Below are positions 10,335 to 20,191 of a stretch of 64,000 bases of DNA, in pieces. The notes beneath the pieces are model-generated. The model had not been told where the DNA came from and searched no databases. It saw only the letters and a program-made list of their open reading frames with translations. The translations under genes and the position numbers were made by a program. Numbering within the stretch: the first letter of the stretch is position 1; the number at the start of each line of letters is the position of its first letter. Location: the IMG/VR virus record IMGVR_UViG_3300022516_000001; one strand, given 5' to 3'. Source of the DNA: an uncultured virus (IMG/VR IMGVR_UViG_3300022516_000001) (Duplodnaviria; Heunggongvirae; Uroviricota; Caudoviricetes).

Positions 10335-11762
10335 ATGAAAAAAGAACGAATAGAAAAAGCAGTAGAAATCCTTAATTACGCAACAAAAAATCAAATATCG
10401 GTTAAAGAAGCCTCAGTAAAATGTGGGTATTCAGATACATATGTAAAAAACATCAAAGCATTGGCATATGATGAATATTATAATGGAATTCTTGAAGATG
10501 AACTATTTGAATTATTTAATCAAGCATATGAAGAATATAAATATTATCGTGGTTTTAGTATAAAAGAAGATAATATTATAAATAAAGAAAAATCAGATGG
10601 AAAAACAACTATTACTGGTAAAGGAAATGAAATGGAAGTTGAATGGAAAACTGGTTCAAATTATCCGGTAAATCACATAAAAACTCTTGATGAATTACTT
10701 GAAGTAGCTGATGTTGATTTAGATATTTGGAAAGTAAAAGATTTTGTAATTAATAAATGGGATGTTACTTCATGGAAAAAAGAAAATCCTGAAACAATTC
10801 AAAACTTTCAAGTTAAAGCACGTCTTGAAAAAGATGTTCAACTTAGTGAAGCAATAGATATTCAAAAGATATTTGCTGACATGGCACAAACGTATAAACC
10901 ACCTATTTTAAATGTTACTCCAAAATTACAAAAAAAATCTGAAGAGAATAATTTACTCGAAATTAGCATATTTGATTTACATTTTGGTAAATTAGCATGG
11001 CATGGCGAAACTGGTGAGGATTATGACATAAAAATCGCAAGTAAAAGATTTATTAATGCAATTGAAACATTATTAAGACATGCAAGTGGATTTCCTATTA
11101 CCCGAATATTATTTCCAGTTGGAAATGATTTTTTTAATTCAGATAATATGTTTGATACGACAAGTCATCAAACTAGTCAAGATGAAGATGTTAGATGGCA
11201 AAAAACATTTACAGTGGGTGTTAAACTTTTGGTTGATGGCATTAATATATTAAAACAAATTGGTGTACCAATTGATATAATTGTAATTCCCGGCAATCAT
11301 GATTTTGAACGTAGTTATTATATGGGTTCATATTTAGAAGCATGGTTTAATGGTGATGAACAAGTATGTGTTAATAACGATGCTTTACCACGAAAATATT
11401 ATAAACACGGTAATGTTTTACTTGGATTTACTCATGGTAGTGAAGAAAAAGAAAATTCATTACCATTATTAATGGCAAGTGATATTGAATCTAAACCATA
11501 TTGGAGTAATACTTTATATCATGAATTTCATATTGGGCACATTCATCGTAAAAAAGATATTAAATTCACAGTTTTAGATAAAGCAAAAGTATTAAGCGAA
11601 GACCTTGGTGTTACTGTTAGATATTTATCAAGTTTGACAGGTACTGACCAATGGCATTTTTCGAAAGGTTTTATAGGTGCTATAAAAGCTGCAGATGGTT
11701 TTATCTGGAACGATAAGACAGGATTATTGGCGCATTTAAACGCTAATTTAAATATTGATTAA
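10335..11762 (+). CDS. calcineurin-like metallophosphoesterase with N-terminal extension
   Basis: DLHFG, GNDFF, PGNHD, THG and GHIH motifs. Confidence 0.75.
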   Translation: MKKERIEKAVEILNYATKNQISVKEASVKCGYSDTYVKNIKALAYDEYYNGILEDELFELFNQAYEEYKYYRGFSIKEDNIINKEKSDGKTTITGKGNEMEVEWKTGSNYPVNHIKTLDELLEVADVDLDIWKVKDFVINKWDVTSWKKENPETIQNFQVKARLEKDVQLSEAIDIQKIFADMAQTYKPPILNVTPKLQKKSEENNLLEISIFDLHFGKLAWHGETGEDYDIKIASKRFINAIETLLRHASGFPITRILFPVGNDFFNSDNMFDTTSHQTSQDEDVRWQKTFTVGVKLLVDGINILKQIGVPIDIIVIPGNHDFERSYYMGSYLEAWFNGDEQVCVNNDALPRKYYKHGNVLLGFTHGSEEKENSLPLLMASDIESKPYWSNTLYHEFHIGHIHRKKDIKFTVLDKAKVLSEDLGVTVRYLSSLTGTDQWHFSKGFIGAIKAADGFIWNDKTGLLAHLNANLNID

Positions 11763-11778
11763 TATAATTAAAACATTA

Positions 11779-12897
11779 ATGTCAAAAAGATTAACAACTA
11801 AAGAATTTATAATGAAAGCTAATCATATTCATCACAATGAATATGATTATTCTTTAGTTAATTATCTTAATAATAGAACAAAAATTAAAATTATATGTTT
11901 GACGCATGGTATATTTGAACAACAACCAGATTCACATTTACGTGGTCGGGGTTGTCCTATTTGTTATGGAAAATTAAAATCTAACATAAATGAATTTATC
12001 AATAAAGTAAAAATTATACACAATAATAAATATGATTATTCTAAATCAGTTTATATTAATAATACTTCTCCAATTTCTATAATTTGTCCTAAACATGGAG
12101 AATTTTTTCAAGAACCAAAATCGCATTTAATTGGTAAGGGATGTGCTAAATGTGCTGGTCTATTTATGAATACTGAATATTTTATTGAGAAAGCAAATAA
12201 AATTCATAGCAATAAATATGATTATTCTAAAGTAGTTTATGTCGATAATATTAGTAAAGTAAAAATAATATGTCCCAAACATGGTGAGTTTGAGCAAAAA
12301 CCAAATTACCATTTAGGTGGTTCAGGTTGTTCATATTGTTGTGGTCATAAATGTAATAAAGATGTTTTTATTGAAAAAGCAAAAAAGATTCATGGTAATA
12401 AATATGATTATTCCAATAGTATCTATATTTCAAATAGAAGTAAAATTGAAATTATTTGTCCTATTCATGGTTCTTTTATTCAAAAAACAAGTAATCATTT
12501 AGTTGGTAGTGGTTGTCCTATATGTAAAAGTAGTAAAGGTGAACAACAAATAATTAATTATCTAAAAAATAATAATATTAAATTTGAACATCAAAAAAAA
12601 TTTGACGATTGTATTGGAAAAATATTTAAACTTCCTTTTGATTTTTATTTACCAAATCATAATATATTAATTGAATTTGATGGAAAACAACATTTTGAAA
12701 TAGTAAAATTTAATAAATTATTATCAGATAATGAGGCATTGATTGAATTTTTAAATTTAAAACAAAATGATATAATAAAAAATGAATATTGTTCGAATAA
12801 TAATATTCAATTAATAAGAATTTCATATAAAGAAAAAAACATTAATGAATTTCTAAATAATAAATTAATAAATATTTTAAAACCTCAAATAATTTAA
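11779..12897 (+). CDS. putative homing endonuclease with tandem zinc-binding repeats and a PD-(D/E)xK/Vsr-like C-terminus
   Basis: Four YDYS...IICPxHG...HLxGxGCxxC repeats, then PFDFYLP...IEFDGKQH. Confidence 0.75.
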   Translation: MSKRLTTKEFIMKANHIHHNEYDYSLVNYLNNRTKIKIICLTHGIFEQQPDSHLRGRGCPICYGKLKSNINEFINKVKIIHNNKYDYSKSVYINNTSPISIICPKHGEFFQEPKSHLIGKGCAKCAGLFMNTEYFIEKANKIHSNKYDYSKVVYVDNISKVKIICPKHGEFEQKPNYHLGGSGCSYCCGHKCNKDVFIEKAKKIHGNKYDYSNSIYISNRSKIEIICPIHGSFIQKTSNHLVGSGCPICKSSKGEQQIINYLKNNNIKFEHQKKFDDCIGKIFKLPFDFYLPNHNILIEFDGKQHFEIVKFNKLLSDNEALIEFLNLKQNDIIKNEYCSNNNIQLIRISYKEKNINEFLNNKLINILKPQII

Positions 12898-12901
12898 TAA
12901 T

Positions 12902-13414
12902 ATGGCAAAAAAAGATAATAATTTAATAAAATTGGCAAAAGATAATAAAATATCTACACCAGAAAAAGAAGAAGAAAAAATAATTAGTCCTGCAGAAGAA
13001 CGTGACTTAAAGGCAAAACAAAAAGTTGAAGAACTATTACAAGATGTACAATTAACATCAGAAAAAAAAGAAGAAGAATTGCTTGAAGTTGATGAAGAAC
13101 CAAAAGGAATTGAATGGCTTGAAGAACAAATTCAATTACTTTCTAATGCAAATGAAAATCTTAAATCAGAATTAACCCTTGCAAAAGATGATTATGTAAG
13201 AATTTTCGAAGAAAATCAACATCTTAAAGATGGTGTTGGAGATGGTGCAATAAAATTAAAAATAATTGAGTTGTTTAATGAATTACAAAATAATCATAAT
13301 CAATTAGGTACTGACCCTATATCAGGTATTGGTAATTTTAGAATTTATTGTCCGGGTTTCTTAAATCGTTTAATATTATTCTTTCCTTTCTTGGAAAATA
13401 TTAGAAGGTTTTAA
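12902..13414 (+). CDS. acidic coiled-coil hypothetical protein
   Basis: 170 aa, E/K/L-rich. Confidence 0.6.
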   Translation: MAKKDNNLIKLAKDNKISTPEKEEEKIISPAEERDLKAKQKVEELLQDVQLTSEKKEEELLEVDEEPKGIEWLEEQIQLLSNANENLKSELTLAKDDYVRIFEENQHLKDGVGDGAIKLKIIELFNELQNNHNQLGTDPISGIGNFRIYCPGFLNRLILFFPFLENIRRF

Positions 13415-13454
13415 ATTATTGATATAAATAAATGAATTTTTAAATATAATATTT

Positions 13455-13805
13455 ATGAAAACAAATGAACAAATTATTGAAAGATGGTCTAAAACTGGAA
13501 TGTTAGATGGTCTTCCTGAAGATAGAAAAGAAATGGTTGCAACATCATTTGAATTCTTATTAAATTATTTAGTAGAAAATGATATATCTAATAATGGAGA
13601 TATTGAATCACTCTCATTTCCAATAATAAGACGAATTGGTGCAGTTGTTGATATTACCACTGATGATATAGAAAATATTGTTCAAGAAATTAAAGAACAA
13701 TATTATGAATATAATACTTTTGATGAAGAATTATATGAAAACGATAAAGAACTAGCTTTTTGTACTGAATTTTCTGAAAAGAAAATTAATGAAATGAAAA
13801 AATAA
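13455..13805 (+). CDS. small protein resembling the N-terminus of a major capsid protein
   Basis: IIERWSKTGMLDGL...SFPIIRRI resembles gp23-type capsid N-termini. Confidence 0.45.
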   Translation: MKTNEQIIERWSKTGMLDGLPEDRKEMVATSFEFLLNYLVENDISNNGDIESLSFPIIRRIGAVVDITTDDIENIVQEIKEQYYEYNTFDEELYENDKELAFCTEFSEKKINEMKK

Positions 13806-13827
13806 AATTAAAAATATTTATATGATT

Positions 13828-13864
13828 TGCCTTAAATTCCTTTGATTTAGGGCATTTTTTTTTT
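13828..13864 (+). terminator. rho-independent terminator
   Basis: TGCCTTAAAT/ATTTAGGGCA stem followed by a long T-run. Confidence 0.75.
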
Positions 13865-13871
13865 ATATTTG
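13864..13871 (+). promoter_or_regulatory. Bacteroidota-type -7 promoter box TAnnTTTG
   Basis: TATATTTG ends 4 nt before the primase ATG. Confidence 0.6.
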
Positions 13872-13875
13872 TATA

Positions 13876-14946
13876 ATGGTTAGAGGACAAGAATTTCACG
13901 CTATCATTCAAAATATTTTTGGTGATGTTAATGGTTATTTGCAAAGCGAACAATTGCAAGTAAATTGTCCTCGTTGTCAAGAAAGAGAAGGTTTATCTTA
14001 TCCAGATGAAAAATTTAATTTGGAAATAAATACTGCCAAACGAATGTTTCGTTGTTGGAAATGTGATGAACCTAAATTTTCTGGTTCTTTGGGTAGGTTA
14101 ATTAGAATGTTTGGTAGTCATATGGATTATGATATATATAAGTCATATGCTAACATTTTAATTGATTATAGTAATAATGAAGATGAAAAAGAATTTGTAC
14201 AAATTAAACTTCCTAATGAAATGATATCGTTTTCTCAATTAGAAGAAGGAAATCCTGAACATTTTGAAGCATATAATTATATCATTAATGAAAGAAAAAT
14301 AAGTCGAGATATTATTTTAAAATATCGGCTTGGTTTTTGTACTACTGGAAAATATGCTAAAAGAATAATTATTCCATCTTATGATAAGAACGGTGAAATA
14401 AATTATTTTGTTGGTAGAAGTTATGACCCGAAAGAAAAAAGAAAAAAATATTTAAATCCATTTGCGGATAAAGATAAAATCATTTTTAATGAAGGTTTTG
14501 TAAATTGGGATTCTACTGTATACCTTGTTGAAGGTGCGTTTGAAATGTTATCATTTCCCGTCAATATTATACCAATATTAGGAAAAACATTATCAGCCAC
14601 ATTGTTTTTGAAACTGCAAGAATTAAAACCTGATGTCGTTATTTTGTTAGACCCTGATGCCTATAAAAATGCTATAGAACTATATTATATGTTACATACT
14701 ATTTATGTTGGCTGTGAAGAAAGGGTTAAATTAGTTAAAATTCCAAATGAAAAAGATTTAGATGAACTTCGTAAAAATAAAGGAATTGATGAAGTAATTA
14801 AAAGTCTTTATACTGCAAGAGGTTTAACTATAGATGATTATTTTATTAATAAGTTACAAAAACCATATGATAATAGAACAGGAAGATACGATACTTATTC
14901 AAAATATTTTGAATGGAAATCAACAAGCACAAGAAAAACTATATAA
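13876..14946 (+). CDS. DNA primase (zinc finger + TOPRIM)
   Basis: CPRC...CWKC, RIIIP, YFVGR, KYLNP, VEGAFE, LDPDA, KDLDE. Confidence 0.85.
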   Translation: MVRGQEFHAIIQNIFGDVNGYLQSEQLQVNCPRCQEREGLSYPDEKFNLEINTAKRMFRCWKCDEPKFSGSLGRLIRMFGSHMDYDIYKSYANILIDYSNNEDEKEFVQIKLPNEMISFSQLEEGNPEHFEAYNYIINERKISRDIILKYRLGFCTTGKYAKRIIIPSYDKNGEINYFVGRSYDPKEKRKKYLNPFADKDKIIFNEGFVNWDSTVYLVEGAFEMLSFPVNIIPILGKTLSATLFLKLQELKPDVVILLDPDAYKNAIELYYMLHTIYVGCEERVKLVKIPNEKDLDELRKNKGIDEVIKSLYTARGLTIDDYFINKLQKPYDNRTGRYDTYSKYFEWKSTSTRKTI

Positions 14947-15484
14947 CAAATATAAAAAATCTGTTAAAAATTTTTTAAAAAGTAAATATTCTATTTATTA
15001 CGACCTTGAAGATGATGTATCTGAAATAATGATTAAAGTTTTTTTAAATTTAAAATCATTTGATTGTACAAAATCAAAATTTAGGTCATGGGTTTTTAGT
15101 ATTGCTAAAAATTATATGATTGATAAATGGAGAAATAATTCTTGTACCGCTACATCAATAACTGGTAATATATCATTTACATCATCAGCAGATATTAGTA
15201 ATTCATTCACCACGACATCCAATAATACATGCAGTTTAACATTTATGGCAAATGGAATATGTACTACAAATAATATGGAATTCGAAAATAATAGTTCAAT
15301 AAGTTATATTTCAACACAAATATCACCACAAGATTTTACATTGCTTGATATGAAATACGTTCAAGGATACGATTATTGCGAAATTGGAAAAGAATTTAAT
15401 GTTACAAGTTCTACAATTAGTAATAGAGTTAATTATATAAAAACCAAACTCAAAAAAAATAACCCAGAGATAATTTACAATTAA
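14867..15484 (+). CDS. ECF-like sigma-70 family factor
   Basis: Region 2 EDDVSEIMIKVF...FRSWVFSIAKNYMID; region 4 GYDYCEIGKEFNVTSSTISNRV. Confidence 0.8.
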   Translation: MIIEQEDTILIQNILNGNQQAQEKLYNKYKKSVKNFLKSKYSIYYDLEDDVSEIMIKVFLNLKSFDCTKSKFRSWVFSIAKNYMIDKWRNNSCTATSITGNISFTSSADISNSFTTTSNNTCSLTFMANGICTTNNMEFENNSSISYISTQISPQDFTLLDMKYVQGYDYCEIGKEFNVTSSTISNRVNYIKTKLKKNNPEIIYN

Positions 15485-15489
15485 ATCAA

Positions 15490-15498
15490 GTATTTATA
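15490..15498 (+). promoter_or_regulatory. putative late promoter GTATTTATA
   Basis: Begins 25 nt before ATG 15515. Confidence 0.65.
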
Positions 15499-15514
15499 AA
15501 AAATATTTGATACT

Positions 15515-16879
15515 ATGAAAAAAGGTATTTTCGAGTATGTTAATCTACAAAAGCAAAATCTTACCAGTAAAGAAGGAAAATCTTATGTGAGATATATTGT
15601 AGTTTCTGATGTAAATTTAGAAACAAAAAAAGTAAAAGAAAAATTATCTGCACTTGGTTTTCAATGGAATGGTAAAGAATGGTGGATGTTCGGAAATAAA
15701 TTAAGTACTGCAGTTCTTGATGGATTAAAAACAATTAATGCTGAATTAGAAACACAAGGTGGTCAAACTGGTAATCTTGAAGATTTTATGTCACAATTAG
15801 AAAATCTTAAATCCGAAGTTCAAAATTCAAGTATGCCAGCAAAAACAAAATCAGAACTTGAAACAAAAATAGAACAATATATTGAAGATATTGCAAATGC
15901 TACTGATGAAAGAGCAGCAAGTGCAGAATTTCAAAAATTTTTAGATTTTTCTCATAAATTTCATAAATATAGTTTCAGTAATATCATGTTAATCTATTTA
16001 CAAGACCCAAATGCAACACAGGTTGCAGGTGAAGGTAAATGGAATAAAAAATTTCATAGAAAAGTCATTGATAAAAAGAAAGCAATTTCAATTTGGTGTG
16101 CAAATAAATTTTTTAAAACTGCAGATGGAAAACTTTCTCAATATACTTTAGACCAGCAAAATAGAGATAATGAATATGTTACAAAAGTTGAAGCAGGTAT
16201 TGAACAAATTGATAATACTAAAATGAATGCAATTAAAACAAGAAGAAATATTGTTCATGTAAAATTCGACCCATGTGTTGTTTATGATGTTGCAAATACA
16301 GAAGGTGAACCAATTCAAGATAAACCGGAATGGGAAGGTGAATATGATGACCGTGCCGATGCAAAAGCATTATTTACAATTGCAAAAAAAAGTTTGGAAA
16401 AGATGGGCATGAGAGTAACACAAGACCCTGCAACTGCAGGTGAAGCTGGCTGGAGTAGAAAAGGACAAATAAATGTTAGTCAGAATGCGACTGGTAGTGG
16501 TGCTGCATCAACAATATTTCATGAATGGGCACACGATTTATTACATCAATCAGGTGGTAAATTTTATAATAAAGCATTAGATTATTTTCAGAAAAAAGGT
16601 GATTTAAATTTTGCAATGATAAAACAAATTAAAGAAATTCAAGCAGAAACAGTATCTGCAGTTCTTTGTAAGCATTATGGATTATCAGTAGAACATCACC
16701 CAACATATATGGCTTTATGGCAAGCACAGGGTAAATTAAGTAGCAAACAATTAATTAAAGAAAATATTACAACAATTACTGATGTATCAAACTTTATAAT
16801 TGGTCAAATTGATGTATATAAAGATGAATTTGAAGCTGCAAGAACAAGTATGCAACAACAAATGCAACCAGAACAATAA
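15515..16879 (+). CDS. ArdC-like ssDNA-binding domain + zincin metallopeptidase
   Basis: FHKYSFSNIMLIYLQDPNATQVAG..W (ArdC-N); HEWAH...EIQAE. Confidence 0.75.
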   Translation: MKKGIFEYVNLQKQNLTSKEGKSYVRYIVVSDVNLETKKVKEKLSALGFQWNGKEWWMFGNKLSTAVLDGLKTINAELETQGGQTGNLEDFMSQLENLKSEVQNSSMPAKTKSELETKIEQYIEDIANATDERAASAEFQKFLDFSHKFHKYSFSNIMLIYLQDPNATQVAGEGKWNKKFHRKVIDKKKAISIWCANKFFKTADGKLSQYTLDQQNRDNEYVTKVEAGIEQIDNTKMNAIKTRRNIVHVKFDPCVVYDVANTEGEPIQDKPEWEGEYDDRADAKALFTIAKKSLEKMGMRVTQDPATAGEAGWSRKGQINVSQNATGSGAASTIFHEWAHDLLHQSGGKFYNKALDYFQKKGDLNFAMIKQIKEIQAETVSAVLCKHYGLSVEHHPTYMALWQAQGKLSSKQLIKENITTITDVSNFIIGQIDVYKDEFEAARTSMQQQMQPEQ

Positions 16880-16907
16880 AAAAAGCATCATATTCGATGC
16901 CTTTTTT
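16878..16907. terminator. bidirectional terminator between convergent genes
   Basis: A-run, GCATC/GATGC stem, T-run. Confidence 0.6.
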
Positions 16908-16929
16908 ATTTTTGGGACTCTTAATATAT

Positions 16930-17337
16930 TTACTTAATCTCAATTGTTTTTTTAGTTAACTTTGTATCACCCACGAGTTTAGGAACAATTACTCTAAGTA
17001 TTCCATCAACTAATGAAGCACTAATATTTTCTTTATCAATTTCGTCTGGAAGCACAAACATTCTTTCGTATTTACCAAAATAAGTTTGTTTACGATTATA
17101 TTTTACATCTTTTATTTCTTTACGTTCAGCTTTAATTGTCATAACATCTTTGTCAATATTAATATTCATATCATCTTTTTTTACACCAGCTAATGATATT
17201 TCTATTTGAAATTCTTTATCATTTTCAATGACATTATGTTTGGGTATTCTTGCTGTTGTAGTACTTGTTGATGCATCATTCATCATGTCATCAAACAAAC
17301 TTATGAATGGGTCATAGTGAAATCTTTTTATTAACAT
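16930..17337 (-). CDS. Hsp20/alpha-crystallin small heat shock protein
   Basis: EISLAGVKKDD...YGKYERMFVLP-like segment...ASLVDGILRVIVPK. Confidence 0.9.
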   Translation of the reverse strand: MLIKRFHYDPFISLFDDMMNDASTSTTTARIPKHNVIENDKEFQIEISLAGVKKDDMNINIDKDVMTIKAERKEIKDVKYNRKQTYFGKYERMFVLPDEIDKENISASLVDGILRVIVPKLVGDTKLTKKTIEIK

Positions 17338-17382
17338 ATTATATAAATTTTTAAATATAAAATTATTTTTAATTAGAATTAA

Positions 17383-17442
17383 TCAAATGTTATACCATAA
17401 ACAAATATATGACATCTTGACACTAAAATAGACACGTTGACA
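17383..17442 (-). promoter_or_regulatory. putative heat-shock control region of hsp20
   Basis: sigma54-like TGGTATAACATTTGA plus four (T/A)GACA direct repeats. Confidence 0.35.
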
Positions 17443-17518
17443 AATTTTTAAAATCCTTGCATTATACGTGGCTTTTCAATATATTTGTAAAAATAATTTT
17501 ATGTAATTTGATTATGAA

Positions 17519-20191
17519 ATGATTCAAAAAATTGCCCATCTTGGGGATATTCATATACGCAAATCACCATCTCGTAATGAAGAATATCAAAAAGTATTTG
17601 AAACCTTATATAAAAGTTTAGAAGAACAAAAACCTGATAGGATAGTAATTGTAGGAGACCTCGTTCATGATTATTTAAATCTCGAAAGCGAACAATTAGT
17701 TCTAGCTTCAAATTTTTTAAATACATTAGCAAATATTGCTCCTGTTAGAATAACTCGTGGTAATCATGATTTTCTTCGTAAAAATAATAAAAGAACTGAT
17801 AGCATTGAAGCTATAACAAAAATATTAAACAATCCTAATATTATTTATTATAATAAGACCGGATTTTATGATGATGAAAATGTAACATGGGTGGTTTGGC
17901 ATCATGGTGATAAGAACAACAATTCTTGGAAAACCAAACAAGGCAAGCAAATTGAAATTGATAGAAAAACTAATAAGAGGGTTTATATTGACCTTTTCCA
18001 TGACCCAATAAATGGTTGTAAAACCACAACAGGTTTTGAAATGAAAAGTAAATCATATTATAAACTTTCAGACTTCAAATCAGACTTTGGTTTTTTTGCT
18101 GATATTCATATCCAACAATACTTAGATAAAAATAAAACTAAAGGATATTGTGGAAGCCTTGTAAGTCAGGATGTTACAGAAGGAGATTCTTGTTTTCACG
18201 GATATCTTCTGTGGAATATTTTAAATAAAACAGTTCAAGAAATTCCCATATATGATGATTATTCATTTAAAAATATTAGAATTACACAATATGTTGATTT
18301 TGATGATTTGGATTTCGAAATTGAAAATCCAACCAAATATATGAAAATTAGATTCATTTGGGGCACATTACCACAAACACGTACTAAAGAAAATGAGAGA
18401 AAAGTAATTGAATATTTAAAATCTAAACATAAAAATGTCACAATTTCACATAAAAATGAATTTCTTGAAAATGAAAAAATTGATGTAAATGAAAATGTTT
18501 CATTACAAAATGTAACCACAAAAGAAGTTCAACATGAAATTTTTAAAGAATTTTTAACTAAAATAGGTAGTGATGAACAACTTGTTAATGATGTAATTGC
18601 ATTAGATGAAGAAATACTTACAGAAATTGATATAGTTGAAGACCAAAGTATAGAATGGAATGTTGTCAAATTTGGTGGTAAAAATTTTATGTCATATGGT
18701 CAATTTGATATTGACTGGAGAAATGAAGATGGTCTATATCAAATAATCGGAAAAAATACTTTCGGCAAGACAACTATTTTAAAATCAATTAGTTATGCGC
18801 TTTTTGGTAAAACTTTGGAAACTGAAACTCGTATGAAATACGGTGACATACGATTTATTAATAATAGAAATGGTGCAACATCATGTGAGGTATATATGAT
18901 TATTGAAGCTAATGGTGAATATTTTGGTATTAAAAAGAAAACAGAAATTAATAAAAACAAATGTGGAGAAATTACTGGTGCACCAACAACATTGAGTTAT
19001 TATATGCTGGCAACGCCAGATGATGAAATGAATGACGAAACATCAATAGAAAAACTTGATGAAAACCATAGAGTAAAAACTCAAAAGAAAGTAGAATCAA
19101 TTATCGGCAGTTATGATAATTTTATGCGAATTGTAATGACAACTTCCGATTCACTCAATCGCATACTCAGTAACGATATGTCTACATTTATCGACAGTTT
19201 GCTCTATGATAGCGGATTGGATATATTTGATAAAAAACTTGAAGGTCTTAAAGTTTATCAAAAACGGGTTAATGAAAAACCTAGAGTTTTATGTAATGTA
19301 GAATTTACAAATATGGAGAATGCAAGGTTACAACAGGAAATTATTGCACTTGAAGGAGAAATAACTCAAATTGAAACAGTAAAACTTCCTGACATTCAAA
19401 ATCGAATTGAAATTGGTAGAAAATATGTGGAAGACCTTTCAAAGAAATTATATAAAATAGACTCAGAAATTTACAATCTGGACGTAGATAAAGCACGAGA
19501 GGACATAAGTGCCAATAAAAAGAATATCATTGAAATAAAGGCACAAGAAATGGTTTTAAAGCAAAGTATAATACCATTGAAAGAAACATATGATATTGAA
19601 AAATTAAAAATTCTTCTTGAACAAAAAGATACACATAAAACTACTGAATATAATAAAAAATTAGAAATTAAAAATCTTGAACGGCTAAAATCTGAAGAAG
19701 AACATAAAATTGAAATAATTAATGGTGATATTTTTAAATTAAAACAAGACGGTATTAAATTAAAAAAAGAAATTGCTGACCTCAAAAATAGTAAAATTTG
19801 TAGTCAATGTGGACAAGTTATTGAAAAACAAGAACATAAAGACCATATTGAAAATGCTGTTAAAGAAAAGGAAAAGGAAATGTATATTATTGCTGATAAA
19901 ATTAATGTAAAACAAGCAATTGATATACATGAACATCAAATAATAATTAATGTAAAGATTAATGAAATTGAAAAAATAAATGAAAGTATAAAACAATCTG
20001 CATTAGAAATGGAAGAGATTCTTAAAGAAATAGGAACACTCACCAATGAAAAAAATGATGTTGAAAAACGTAAAGAATTACAAATAGAATTAGACCAAGT
20101 TCCAATAAAAATTCAAAATGAAGAACTAAAAATTGGTATTCTTGAACAAAAGATAACAAGCCATGAGAATAGTTTACTTCAAATTGAATAA
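17519..20191 (+). CDS. SbcD/Mre11 nuclease fused to the N-terminal part of an SbcC/Rad50 ATPase
   Basis: GDIH, GDLVH, GNHD, DIH phosphoesterase motifs; Walker A GKNTFGKTT; coiled coil with CSQC zinc hook. Confidence 0.85.
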   Translation: MIQKIAHLGDIHIRKSPSRNEEYQKVFETLYKSLEEQKPDRIVIVGDLVHDYLNLESEQLVLASNFLNTLANIAPVRITRGNHDFLRKNNKRTDSIEAITKILNNPNIIYYNKTGFYDDENVTWVVWHHGDKNNNSWKTKQGKQIEIDRKTNKRVYIDLFHDPINGCKTTTGFEMKSKSYYKLSDFKSDFGFFADIHIQQYLDKNKTKGYCGSLVSQDVTEGDSCFHGYLLWNILNKTVQEIPIYDDYSFKNIRITQYVDFDDLDFEIENPTKYMKIRFIWGTLPQTRTKENERKVIEYLKSKHKNVTISHKNEFLENEKIDVNENVSLQNVTTKEVQHEIFKEFLTKIGSDEQLVNDVIALDEEILTEIDIVEDQSIEWNVVKFGGKNFMSYGQFDIDWRNEDGLYQIIGKNTFGKTTILKSISYALFGKTLETETRMKYGDIRFINNRNGATSCEVYMIIEANGEYFGIKKKTEINKNKCGEITGAPTTLSYYMLATPDDEMNDETSIEKLDENHRVKTQKKVESIIGSYDNFMRIVMTTSDSLNRILSNDMSTFIDSLLYDSGLDIFDKKLEGLKVYQKRVNEKPRVLCNVEFTNMENARLQQEIIALEGEITQIETVKLPDIQNRIEIGRKYVEDLSKKLYKIDSEIYNLDVDKAREDISANKKNIIEIKAQEMVLKQSIIPLKETYDIEKLKILLEQKDTHKTTEYNKKLEIKNLERLKSEEEHKIEIINGDIFKLKQDGIKLKKEIADLKNSKICSQCGQVIEKQEHKDHIENAVKEKEKEMYIIADKINVKQAIDIHEHQIIINVKINEIEKINESIKQSALEMEEILKEIGTLTNEKNDVEKRKELQIELDQVPIKIQNEELKIGILEQKITSHENSLLQIE

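Noticed and set aside
20189..20191. Genome-wide stop-codon reassignment
   Set aside because: TAA ends most genes, TAG and TGA also terminate genes, and coding density is high under the standard code; this is a single-site event
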